A DNA stretch of 64,000 nucleotides. Origin: an uncultured Nitrososphaeraceae archaeon. GTDB taxonomy: Archaea > Thermoproteota > Nitrososphaeria > Nitrososphaerales > Nitrososphaeraceae. A model generated the notes under the pieces. It ran no database searches and was not told where the DNA came from. It saw nothing but the letters and a program-made list of their open reading frames with translations. Position numbers and translations under genes: made by a program. Of this stretch, positions 1-10,280 are shown in pieces (within the stretch, counting starts at the first letter, position 1; the number at the start of each line of letters is the position of its first letter). The stretch lies in NCBI GenBank assembly GCA_963765895.1, contig CAVXZB010000024.1, positions 128,001-192,000 of the forward strand, read 5' to 3'.

Positions 1-1
1 T

Positions 2-259
2 TTGACAAAGTGTATCGCAAAAGAGTACGCTAAAGACAACATTAGATCTTACACATTGGCCTTGGGTAACATTGCAACTCTAGCGACGTTTGGCGCTATG
101 GATGAGAACGAGAGAGAAAAAGCAGCGAGTGAGTCACCCATGAAAAGATGGGGAAGGCCAGAAGAAATAGCGAGAATCGCAGCTTGTATTGCTAGTGATA
201 ATTTTTCCTACGCAACAGGTAATACAATAATAGTAGACGGAGGGACCATCATTGTATGA
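2..259 (+). CDS. SDR family oxidoreductase, C-terminal part (5' truncated by the window)
   Basis: PMKRWGRPEEIA and TGNTIIVDGG are typical of FabG-like SDR C-termini. Confidence 0.85.
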   Translation: MTKCIAKEYAKDNIRSYTLALGNIATLATFGAMDENEREKAASESPMKRWGRPEEIARIAACIASDNFSYATGNTIIVDGGTIIV

Positions 260-398
260 TTGGCAAATGTCTCAACTCTCCTGCGCTTACTCTAACAGCG
301 ATCATAATCCAATAGGCGATAAAGTTACTGTTTGATATTAAGCAAACCTGACACGATCTAGAATGCAACACTGACTTGATAGTGATAATAAGGAGTAG

Positions 399-2654
399 TT
401 GCATTCAAGGTACCAACAGATGTATGTGAAAAGTATCCTGGAAATGCCAAGGATCAATTATTTGTTTATAATTTTGCTCAGTCTTTTTTTGGCGACTTTT
501 GCCACTTCCTATGTTTATTCTAGTTCAGAAAATATAGATTTAGATCATTATGTACCGATGAAAAGAGGCATAACCGTGACCAATTCACTTGTGAATATTT
601 TAAGTGGTCGGAATTTACCAACTTCACTCAACCTCACGCCACCAAATCTGACGTCAGCCGGGATAAAAGTTGGCAGCGAACCCAGAAACCTTGCAATTAA
701 TCCCATAACAAATACAATTTACGTTGCCAATTATCTATCTGACACTATCTCTGTACTGGACGGCAACCATGGGGATAAAGTTATCAGCAATATTAGAGTT
801 GGTAAATCACCTGCCGGCCTCGCGATTGATCTCACAAGAAACCTTCTGTACGTCAGTAACGAACGACTAAATACTGTTTCTGTCATTGACTGCCGAACAA
901 ATCAGATCAAGAGCAATTTCATAGTCGGTCTTTCTCCGACTGGTATAGGCATTAGTCCTGTTACAAATACGATCTATGTGATTAGCTCACTTACTCACTC
1001 TATTTCGGTTGTAGATGGCAAAACTTACGTTCTATTAAAAATGCTTACGGTCGGCAAATCTCCGACTGGTATAGGCATTAATCCTGTTACAAATACGATC
1101 TATGTGACAAATCAGGATTCCAATACTACAACTGTAATCGACGGAAGGTCAAACCACGTAATAACCAATATTCATGTCGGTCATTCTCCATATAGTGTGG
1201 ATGTGAATCCTAAAACTAATGAGATCTTTGTCACTAATCGAGGATTCCCAGCTGACGGTGTCATAACGACTGTTACGGATTCAATGTCAGTTTCTGTGAT
1301 TAATGGTTATACTAATGAAGTAATAAAGACTATGTCCGTGGGAAATTCGCCTGAAGGAATTGCTGTCAATCCCATTACGAATACCATCTATGTTGCAAAC
1401 TCTGGGTCGTATAGTGTCTCAATTTTGAACGGATCTGACAGTGGTAGCAAAGCTTTAGACAACGTTAATTTGGTAACTAAAAATTTTACTGAATTACCCC
1501 AGATTTACAATCTTGCAACATATCTGGCAGTAAATCCAAAGACAAATAAAGTCTATATTACTAGCGAAGATGCCGATGTCGTCTCTGTTCTGAATATCAA
1601 TACTAGTGTTATCGATAATTTCGGATCTCGCAACATTAATCAAAATAAGGTATTGCTCACTGGAAAAATTACTCCTAACCAAATTAGACAGCCTGGAACT
1701 ACATTGCCTGGAATAATAGTTGGAAAGTCACCCCATGGAGTTGCCGTAAACCCAAATAGTGACAGGATTTACGTGACCAACCAAGAATCTGATAGCATTT
1801 CAATTCTAGACGGTAAGACTCAAAGGATAGTCACAAACAATATCCATGTCGGAACTTTTCCACATGTTGTGGTCACAAATCCTATCACAAATAAAGTATA
1901 TGTTACTAATTGGGGTACTATTGATACCAATTCTCGTACCGTCTCAGTTCTAGATGGTAGAACAAATAAAATAATAGCAGATATTCCTACGGGCAATTCC
2001 CCACACAGTGTAGTAGTTAATCCCAATACGAACAGGGTATTTGTCACCAATGAGGATGATAATACCATATCAGTTATTGATGGTAACACGGACAAAGTTT
2101 TGAAAACCGTAAGAGTTGGAAATTCGCCAGAAGAGGCGGCTATTAATACCCGTACTAACTTAGTGTATTTGACCAATGCTGATGATAATACCATATCAGT
2201 TATTGATGGTAACACGGACAAAGTTTTGAAAACCGTAAGAGTTGGAAATTCGCCTGCGGATATAGTTATTAATGAAGCCACAAATATGATCTATGTTGCG
2301 AATCAAGATGATGATACCGTTTCTGTAATTAATGGATCTAAGGATCGCGGCACAGTCGTTGCGGCCATTCCCTCAGGTAGTCAACCACATGGTGATGCCT
2401 TTAATCCACATACAAATAAACTATATATAAGTAATGTTGGCTCCAATACTATTACAGTTATTAATGCCACTACGAATAAGATTATGGATAGGATTACCAT
2501 CGGTGACCCAAATCTAGCTGATGATTTTGATTTTGCAAGCCATATAGCTGTAAATCCAAATGATAATCTAATCTATGTAACTAGCCAAGATGCAAACGCA
2601 ATTACTGTGATAGATGGCAATACTGACAGGATTCTTGGATGGAGTAACTTTTGA
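399..2654 (+). CDS. Secreted or surface YVTN/YncE-family beta-propeller protein (2 x 7 blades)
   Basis: Hydrophobic N-terminus; 14 repeats of ~42 aa of the type VGxxPxxIAVNPxTNxIYVTN...SVIDG; the start may be a downstream ATG; possible frameshift near the 3' end. Confidence 0.9.
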   Translation: MHSRYQQMYVKSILEMPRINYLFIILLSLFLATFATSYVYSSSENIDLDHYVPMKRGITVTNSLVNILSGRNLPTSLNLTPPNLTSAGIKVGSEPRNLAINPITNTIYVANYLSDTISVLDGNHGDKVISNIRVGKSPAGLAIDLTRNLLYVSNERLNTVSVIDCRTNQIKSNFIVGLSPTGIGISPVTNTIYVISSLTHSISVVDGKTYVLLKMLTVGKSPTGIGINPVTNTIYVTNQDSNTTTVIDGRSNHVITNIHVGHSPYSVDVNPKTNEIFVTNRGFPADGVITTVTDSMSVSVINGYTNEVIKTMSVGNSPEGIAVNPITNTIYVANSGSYSVSILNGSDSGSKALDNVNLVTKNFTELPQIYNLATYLAVNPKTNKVYITSEDADVVSVLNINTSVIDNFGSRNINQNKVLLTGKITPNQIRQPGTTLPGIIVGKSPHGVAVNPNSDRIYVTNQESDSISILDGKTQRIVTNNIHVGTFPHVVVTNPITNKVYVTNWGTIDTNSRTVSVLDGRTNKIIADIPTGNSPHSVVVNPNTNRVFVTNEDDNTISVIDGNTDKVLKTVRVGNSPEEAAINTRTNLVYLTNADDNTISVIDGNTDKVLKTVRVGNSPADIVINEATNMIYVANQDDDTVSVINGSKDRGTVVAAIPSGSQPHGDAFNPHTNKLYISNVGSNTITVINATTNKIMDRITIGDPNLADDFDFASHIAVNPNDNLIYVTSQDANAITVIDGNTDRILGWSNF
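2055..2254 (+). repeat. Identical 74-bp direct repeat (2055-2128 and 2181-2254), 126 bp (one blade) apart
   Basis: gatgataataccatatcagttattgatggtaacacggacaaagttttgaaaaccgtaagagttggaaattcgcc occurs twice; a second near-identical pair lies at ~933-981 and ~1059-1107. Confidence 0.9.
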
Positions 2655-2856
2655 AATTATATCATCTTCACTAACGTTCTATCCTCCACTATATTCTAAC
2701 TAAGCCGGACCGTTGTATTATGGCTTAAACCAAGCAAGCTAGCTCCATGGACTTAGGTTTGTATATGCGCATAAAAATTATGTCTGTCGAATATGGATAA
2801 CGTGCCTATCCAAAGCAATAAGGCTATAACAATTGGTTACGTAAAGATCGTATATA

Positions 2857-3282
2857 ATGCCGCCATACGAAGCAGAGAATGATTTAAATGCTGAAAGAAA
2901 GAGATCGATTCTCGTTGTTGATGACGAACCCGACATAGTAATTACCTTAAGGACAGTACTCGAAAGAAATAACTTTACGGTAGATGCATACACCGAACCT
3001 CAACAGGCGATAAAAAGCTTCAAGCCTGGTGTTTATAACCTCTTGATATTAGACATAAAAATGCCACAAATGAATGGGTTTGAGCTCTATAAGGAATTAA
3101 GGAAGATAGATGAAAAGATCAAAGTATGCTTTTTGACAGCCCTGAGTGAGTTACATGACTATGACGCATTCAAGGGAGAGGTATTTCCTAAATCTGGCCA
3201 GAGGTATTACGTACAAAAACCAATAGAAAATGACGAGATCTTGGTTAGGATCAATGAGATTCTTAACTCTTCTCAAGTATGA
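2857..3282 (+). CDS. Stand-alone response regulator receiver protein
   Basis: ILVVDDEPD, LLILDIKMPQMNG (phospho-Asp), FLTA and QKP motifs. Confidence 0.92.
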   Translation: MPPYEAENDLNAERKRSILVVDDEPDIVITLRTVLERNNFTVDAYTEPQQAIKSFKPGVYNLLILDIKMPQMNGFELYKELRKIDEKIKVCFLTALSELHDYDAFKGEVFPKSGQRYYVQKPIENDEILVRINEILNSSQV

Positions 3283-3802
3283 GAGATAAATAGAGTTATC
3301 AATAGCTTGGGTGCACGTTGCTATTAAAACGTCTTCCTCAGAATAGTATAATCTCGGTACATTATAACCACAATTCGTAGAAAATTTGGTCTAATTTATT
3401 TTCTTCAAGGTTTCGCTATTGCCCTAATCATTGCACTTTCTATCTGTGTCAGCATTTAGTTATACTTTATAGTAGTAACAAAATAATATTTACTCTTTGT
3501 AAAAAAACACTCTACCTATTTTGGCCGAATGGATGCATCTAGATACTATTACATAATGAACTGACAACACAAGTTAGAAACCCACATACCGTTATTTCCA
3601 ACTTCTAATTGAATCTGCTTGCGCAAGGTTAACGTTCTGTATTAGCACTATGTACCTTCCTGGAAAAACTGGACATTATTTTATCCTACAAAACACGGCA
3701 CATTACAATTAGGTCTGCATAGCTTAAGATTTACTCAGAAATATGTGCGGCTTTGTCGATTCAAGTAACGTAATTATATAGTATTGGGAGACTGAATAAC
3801 GA

Positions 3803-3982
3803 ATGAAAACATTATCGTGCCGCGAGGCAGGATTTGATTGTGATTATGTAGTTAAGGGTGAAACAGAAGAAGAGATTTTTAAAAATGGAGGTGAGCATGC
3901 CATGAAGGACCACGGAATGAAGCCTGAAGACATTACATCAGAATTTAAGGAGAAGTTAAGAGGATTAATTAAAACTTCGTAG
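3803..3982 (+). CDS. DUF1059-family small metal-binding protein (59 aa, not in the ORF track)
   Basis: Manual translation MKTLSCREAGFDCDYVVKGETEEEIFKNGGEHAMKDHGMKPEDITSEFKEKLRGLIKTS; TATA-like ttatata ~25 nt upstream. Confidence 0.85.
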   Translation: MKTLSCREAGFDCDYVVKGETEEEIFKNGGEHAMKDHGMKPEDITSEFKEKLRGLIKTS

Positions 3983-4287
3983 GTATGCCTTTATAGAGAG
4001 GCCAACCTATCGAAAGACTTTTGCATTTAACATTTTGTTACGAATAATAAGGCACTTCTCTGTATCATTTATGTCGGGAGAAGTTAGCTGGTCTATAATC
4101 TAGGTTGCCCACAGATGCTGTCCTTAATCCTTCCATTCTGGAAATTTAGCCAAATCCAAACAATAAGTCATGCCTTATTTATCGATTGACGTGCACTGTT
4201 TATTACGAGAAGAGATAATCAATGATGGCCTAAGGACGAATAAATTAAGATATACCACAGGAGCAAATTCATAATCGGGTAAGAAGG

Positions 4288-5436
4288 TTGTTCTTGACTA
4301 GACATCTAAAAATGACGAAACATCTGATACTGTATATTCTTCTTTTATTTATACCAGCAGCTATAGTTACCGACTTAATTCACAGTGATCACTATGTGAC
4401 TTTCATATTCGCTTGTGTTGCCCTGATTCCATTAGCGAAAATGATTGGAGATTCCACTGAACATCTAGGTTCACATTATGGTGCTACTGCTGGTTCATTG
4501 CTTAATGTAACGTTTGGCAATGCACCAGAATTAATAATAGCAACTTCAGCAATGAACGCTGGTCTCTTTACACTGGTCAAAGCATCTATTACGGGGTCTA
4601 TCTTAGGAAATATTCTTTTAATTCTAGGATTGAGCCTTATTGCGGGAGGATTAAGGAATAAAGAGCAACGATTCAACAAGGAAAATACAGGTATGCAAAC
4701 TTCGATGTTATTTATTGCTATAATAGGATTGATAATTCCGACAATACTAGCTGCAACTACTTTGAACAACAGTCCAGAAGCCAATTCAAATGGACAGAAA
4801 ATACAACTTTTGAGCGAGTTGGTAGCTTTTATACTCCTGGCAGTCTACATTTGTGGCATCATATTTACATTTGTGACCCACAAGCATCTATTTACCCAGG
4901 ACAATGAAATAATCGAGGCTGAGATTCAGAATGGAAACACCACGGGAATCTTCAACAATGACAAGCAGTTGTATATATGGAGCAAAAAGAGATGTTTCAC
5001 TATACTTTCCTTTAGTATCATAGGAGTAGTTATAACGAGCGAAATACTTGTGGGAGCAGTATCAATTGCAGCCAAAGAGTTTGGATTTGGAGAACTATTC
5101 ATCGGAGCGATCATTGTCGGTATAATTGGAAATGCTGCGGAACATAGTAGTGCCCTGATCCTTGCGGCAAAAAATAAGCTTGATTTATCCATAGGTATTG
5201 CATCGGGATCTGGAACTCAAGTTGCTTTATTTGTTGCCCCTACATTAGTGATTATAGGAATAATAATTCATCAACCGTTTACACTCGTTTTTACTACGTT
5301 TGAATTAATTGCATTATTGCTGGCAGTGATAATACTAAACTGGATTGCACACGATGGAAAGAGCAACTGGTTCGAAGGCGTCATGCTTACTTGCGTATTT
5401 ATAATAATTGCAATAGGTTTTTACTTTGTAGGTTAG
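4288..5436 (+). CDS. cax: Ca2+/H+ antiporter (CaCA/CAX family)
   Basis: alpha-repeats TFGNAPEL and GNAAEH, SNWFEG, ~10 TM segments; likely start is ATG 4312. Confidence 0.92.
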   Translation: MFLTRHLKMTKHLILYILLLFIPAAIVTDLIHSDHYVTFIFACVALIPLAKMIGDSTEHLGSHYGATAGSLLNVTFGNAPELIIATSAMNAGLFTLVKASITGSILGNILLILGLSLIAGGLRNKEQRFNKENTGMQTSMLFIAIIGLIIPTILAATTLNNSPEANSNGQKIQLLSELVAFILLAVYICGIIFTFVTHKHLFTQDNEIIEAEIQNGNTTGIFNNDKQLYIWSKKRCFTILSFSIIGVVITSEILVGAVSIAAKEFGFGELFIGAIIVGIIGNAAEHSSALILAAKNKLDLSIGIASGSGTQVALFVAPTLVIIGIIIHQPFTLVFTTFELIALLLAVIILNWIAHDGKSNWFEGVMLTCVFIIIAIGFYFVG

Positions 5437-7085
5437 GCCCTCTACTAGAAATAACGATATACGATGATCACATTTTTTGTTTTTGAGTATGTTCGAGTCG
5501 GCTCCCAAATTTGAACTAGATTCATATTTTCTATAATCTAGCAGCACTTGATAGTTCATTTACTAAATTCGAAAGTTATTGTTTTAGGTAAGTTTCTACG
5601 TTTACGGACAATCAACTGGTAACTTGACATATTGATAAATTTTGATGTTCGTTACAAGGATTTCCCTCAATTGAATTTAGATCTAATCAGACAAGCAGAT
5701 AACTCTCCGTCTAAGATGTAGATTGGCTATAATCTTAGTACATTCTGCTCTTGAATTCAGCAACTAATAACTGTAATGCCATAGTAAATATTTTAGGAGT
5801 ATTCATGACTACGTTTACGGCTTCCAATAATTAGACAGTGACGCCAATGTTTTCGTAGTTTCGAAAGTAAAGTCTAACAACCGGGATCGTTAGTAAGCCG
5901 TCAAGCCCGACAATATCCTTTATCTCTATAAAGATGATTCTCATAATCTGCCGCGAAATCGTAGAGTTAGCATTTTTATAATCATTCTATTTTACAAAAC
6001 TAAAAGTGGTGTGCCAAACATTCTGAAAGTTCCTTTGCGGTAGACAATTATCTAGTACACTTGCCTCACCACAATGGGAAAGACTTAATATCTTCGTGGA
6101 TATCTTGAGAAATCAGTACCTCTTCGAGTTGTAGCTTTAACTCTACACTGGTTATGATTCATTTCCATATTGACTGGTTCATTAACCTTATCCGATAATT
6201 TTAGCTAGCAAACCGAGTAGTCGTTCAAGTTCCGCTTTCCTGTCTTCTGTCCTCATTCCTGCTCAGTCATTAGCACTAATTTGCGGTTAAACATCAATTT
6301 GACCTGATCTGAATTCCTTCCACACAGATGTTTGGACCCGCGGCTCATTCCAAATCACAAATCCTGTGGGATACACTGATAATTATGAGATTCGTCAGAC
6401 TCGGCCGCGTTATATCAAGTCATAGTTCTCAGGAACCGCAGAATTTATGCACAAAATAGCATGTCGAAGTGAGAGCATAAGTTTTGATTGCGGTGAACAC
6501 GGTGAAGTTATCCTCCAGTTGACTTATTTTCATAAGCTGCTTTAAGAGTATCTTCCGGAAACCAAATTGATGGCCTCAACCAGAGGCAAGGACTATGAAT
6601 AATTCAAAATAGTGTAGTGAGAAACAAAGATATTTTATAAAGAAAACGCCTACCTTTCTACGGCATGGATAATCCTCTACACACGTACACTGCCCAACAG
6701 GTGGGTATTACCCAGCAGAATTGATTGGCGTAGATATCTAAATTCGCTATATAATTAGATGTATCCAGAACAGCGATTTATACGAGAAGGCGAAAAAAAT
6801 ATTCGAACAGACTGTCGTTTTGATTGGTGCAGGGGCATTAAATACGAAAACGATATGCTATGTATCGGATCATAAGATGAGCCACTATTTGGCCACAATA
6901 TTTCTTGTCTTCATTTGATATCAAATTTAAATTATGCTATAGCTAATTTGCCACGTCCGCTTTTAAATCATAGGAACATAAACAATTAGATCGTTTCACA
7001 CTCGTTTCCACCTTCAGAAGTCCACAAATAAAGATAAAAGGTTGATATTACCTTATCGCAAAAACATATACGACAAATAATCATT

Positions 7086-7850
7086 TTGAATAGTTGTTTT
7101 ACCTGTGGATACGATGAAAGTATTCCTTTCAAATGTAATTATTGTGGCGAATGGTTTTGTCATCTACATCGAATTCCAATAAACCATTCATGTCCCTTCG
7201 TCAATGAATACGTTGAAAAGAGAAAAATCATGATGCAAGGTGATTTTGTTGGACATTCCAGAAATTCATCATTTTTAAAATCGCTGCTCAAAGCAATGAA
7301 GATCAAGAGTTCCAAGACGGAGTTGTTGCATCTATCTATTGCTACTCTGCTAGTTATGGCAGTTGGCTTATCCTTTAATCATTACCGATACATTTCTTGG
7401 CAGTTTCTTGCCATCTTTGTTACTGCGTTTCTTATACACGAGCTAGCTCACAAGTTCTTGGCACAGTACTATGGTAGCTGGGCTGAATTTCGTGCACAGT
7501 TATATGGTTTAATAATTACCGCGATATCTGCTTTACCAATCATGCCATTTAAATTCATTGCACCCGGGGCAGTTATGGTAGGACTATCAGACAAGAATAG
7601 ATTCGGAAGAGTTGCATTAATTGGTCCCATGACCAATTTGATCATGGGTTTTGGATTTCTGATGTCAAGCTATTTGTTTCCCTACAGTCCATATATGTAT
7701 GTCGGCGCGTCGTTCAACGCGTGGATAGCGATGTTTAATTTATTGCCTTTTGGAGTACTGGATGGACAAAAAATATTTGACTGGAACAAGGTAGTTTGGG
7801 CCTGCACTATGGCTTCTACAATGGCATTATTCATAACTTCCTATCTCTAA
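7086..7850 (+). CDS. AN1-type zinc finger fused to an M50 (site-2) membrane metallopeptidase
   Basis: CxxC..FKCNYCGEWFCHLHRIPINHSC; HELAH; NLLPFGVLDG. Confidence 0.88.
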   Translation: MNSCFTCGYDESIPFKCNYCGEWFCHLHRIPINHSCPFVNEYVEKRKIMMQGDFVGHSRNSSFLKSLLKAMKIKSSKTELLHLSIATLLVMAVGLSFNHYRYISWQFLAIFVTAFLIHELAHKFLAQYYGSWAEFRAQLYGLIITAISALPIMPFKFIAPGAVMVGLSDKNRFGRVALIGPMTNLIMGFGFLMSSYLFPYSPYMYVGASFNAWIAMFNLLPFGVLDGQKIFDWNKVVWACTMASTMALFITSYL

Positions 7851-7913
7851 ATACCTAGATTTCATATATAATTCCCAGAATACATTTAACCCATTATATC
7901 GAGCGAGATCTAT

Positions 7914-8852
7914 TTGAGTGGTGATCTAGGAGATTTAAACCTCACAGCAAGTGACTTTGCAAACACCTTAGGAGCTGCTATCTCCACTCTACTAGAAGAG
8001 CAATCTACAGGGCTAATAGCAGGAGGAAAGATATCTAATAAAATTGTAGAACTTCAAATCCCAGAAAAGCTCGTGGTAATCGGCGACGTACATGGTGATT
8101 TGCGGGCTTTACAAAGTATTCTTAGGAAAATTAAGATTGATAAATTTGTTCTGAATCATAACAATAAGATTATCTTTTTGGGTGATTATGTCGATAGAGG
8201 ACTAGGTTCTATTGAGGTCCTCCATACGATATGTTTGCTAAAAATCCATCATCCACATTCTGTCGTCCTGATGCGCGGAAATCACGAAGCACCTATAGAA
8301 TTTCCGATTTCCTCGCATGATCTACCCAAGAGAATGGCCGAAAGATTTGGCAGAAGAATTGGTGCTGAAATATATCAAACTAAAATTATGGAACTATTTC
8401 AGTTGCTATATCTCGTCACAATTGTCGAAGGGGAATTATTCCTTGTCCATGGCGGTGTCCCAACAAACCTTAATGACGTAGCCAAGAAATTTAATGATAT
8501 ATCATCTAACGAAAAGGGCTTGATTGATGACATAATGGAAGAAATATTATGGAACGATCCTAGGACTCTTCCGGAAGGAAAAGAATGGGAGAATTCCAGA
8601 AGAGGCTTGGGCAAACACTTCAGTTTAGATGTTACGAAAAAATGGCTAAGCATTTCAAATACTAAGGTAATAGTTAGAGGCCATGAACCGTGTAATGGCT
8701 TCAAACTTGATCACGATGGTAGGGTCCTAACTCTGTTTTCGTGCAATGAGGCCTATCCCAAATTTAGCGTAGGTTATATTGCAACTTCAGGCAAGAGATT
8801 ACACTCAATTAGAAACGGCTATGATCTATCTGAAATGGTAAAGATACTCTAA
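7914..8852 (+). CDS. PPP-family Ser/Thr protein phosphatase (metallophosphoesterase)
   Basis: GDVHG, GDYVDRG, RGNHE, VHGG, LWNDP and RGHE motifs. Confidence 0.92.
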   Translation: MSGDLGDLNLTASDFANTLGAAISTLLEEQSTGLIAGGKISNKIVELQIPEKLVVIGDVHGDLRALQSILRKIKIDKFVLNHNNKIIFLGDYVDRGLGSIEVLHTICLLKIHHPHSVVLMRGNHEAPIEFPISSHDLPKRMAERFGRRIGAEIYQTKIMELFQLLYLVTIVEGELFLVHGGVPTNLNDVAKKFNDISSNEKGLIDDIMEEILWNDPRTLPEGKEWENSRRGLGKHFSLDVTKKWLSISNTKVIVRGHEPCNGFKLDHDGRVLTLFSCNEAYPKFSVGYIATSGKRLHSIRNGYDLSEMVKIL

Positions 8853-9131
8853 ATCAATCAAGAACTTTCTCTGAAAGTTATTTTATCTTAAGCATTTGCA
8901 GACAAAAGTCGCGGCCTCATGCCATTATCCAACAATTGGTTGAGATTGATAATATGCCCTTACTTCCCTGTAACGTCATAGTCAGTCTAGTAGTAAGGCC
9001 GTAAGTTGGTACTGGAACTAGGTGTGACCAATATTTTTTGATTTTGGCAATGGATTTGCCTATAATTAATATTCTAGCGTAAATCCTAATACTTGGATGA
9101 GGGAACAAATATTGTTCGATACTATATGGTG

Positions 9132-10058
9132 TTAGATGGAAAGCGTTGCTTTAATCTCCTTACATCGTTTTCGTAGCGATACAGTTGAGATATCAGCTAC
9201 TTGACAAATTTCGACCTGTCTAAGAAATTCATTACAATTTTGTGAAGCAAGATAAATCACCGCTCCTGCCAAGGCTCTTGGATTCTTCCCGATAGATATT
9301 CTATTCAACTGAACTTCCGAATATACCTTTAAGGCTTCCCGTTTAGTTCTTTCACTTAAATTCAATCTATTGGAAATCAGGGTTACATAGTCCGGCCCGT
9401 GCAGAACTGGCATTTGTAATGAGAGTTCCTTTAGGATCAGCTTGTAATGTGACATAACATCCTTGCTAGACAAGTTACAGACTGCCGCCACGTCGGAGAT
9501 GGTTTTTGGTGTTGCAGTCTCCCTACAAGCCGCATAAAGGGCAGCGCCGACTAAGCCCAGAGTTGATCTACCCTTTGCCAACTTTTTAACCGCCGCCTTC
9601 CTATATATATATGCGGCACTTTCCATCACCGCTTGGCTCAAGTATAGCTTGTCTCCAAAATTATTAAGAAATTTCAAAGCCTTTTCCAAATTTCGCGATA
9701 TGGAATCATTTAATTGCGATCTGTTGTTCCAGGTTCTTAGTCTCTGCATTTTCAATCTTTGTGCAGGTTCCAGAGCCTTCCCCCGAGCATCAGTATCTCC
9801 TAATCCGATTAATGTCGATAGGCCCTTATGATGAATTGCTAGTGATTCCGGCATTCCAGTCCTTGATCTGTCACTGAACCCTGATTGCGCACTAAAAGTT
9901 GCCCCGCCTTCATTATTAAAGAACTTGTCATTCGCCACGCAACCGCACGAACTGCAAACGTACTCACTGGAGATCATATCAAAAATGACGGTATAACTTT
10001 TACATTGATCACAATAGGTTGCATCATTAAAATCATTTAACTTGCTCTCTGAAGGCAT
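9132..10058 (-). CDS. tfb: Transcription initiation factor IIB (TFB paralogue)
   Basis: N-terminal Zn ribbon CDQC...CSSCG, B-reader SRTG, two cyclin folds (KGRS..ALYAACR; GKNPRALAGAVIY). Confidence 0.95.
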   Translation of the reverse strand: MPSESKLNDFNDATYCDQCKSYTVIFDMISSEYVCSSCGCVANDKFFNNEGGATFSAQSGFSDRSRTGMPESLAIHHKGLSTLIGLGDTDARGKALEPAQRLKMQRLRTWNNRSQLNDSISRNLEKALKFLNNFGDKLYLSQAVMESAAYIYRKAAVKKLAKGRSTLGLVGAALYAACRETATPKTISDVAAVCNLSSKDVMSHYKLILKELSLQMPVLHGPDYVTLISNRLNLSERTKREALKVYSEVQLNRISIGKNPRALAGAVIYLASQNCNEFLRQVEICQVADISTVSLRKRCKEIKATLSI

Positions 10059-10280
10059 CTAATGGTTAACAGGCTCCATTAACAGATCAGACCGAATGGA
10101 TTTTTATCCCTAGTTTTTCTAGAAATCAGATTCTCTTAGTATTATGCGTTTATTTGTCTATTATTCTAGATTATCTGTCAATCTAGCTAGAGACTCTAAT
10201 ATCTAATTATTAAACATTTGGTTATATGAATCGCATTCTAGAAAGAGTGTACTCATATTAAGTTAAACTTACGATCCTAT

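Noticed and set aside
933-2254. Near-identical repeats as DGR template and variable regions
   Set aside because: They are in-frame blade repeats at 126-bp spacing, with no pattern of adenine-specific variation and no reverse transcriptase in the window
10110-10245. Several TCTAGA palindromes in the tfb/GT2 intergenic region as an operator array
   Set aside because: The hexamer is common throughout this AT-rich window and the spacing is irregular
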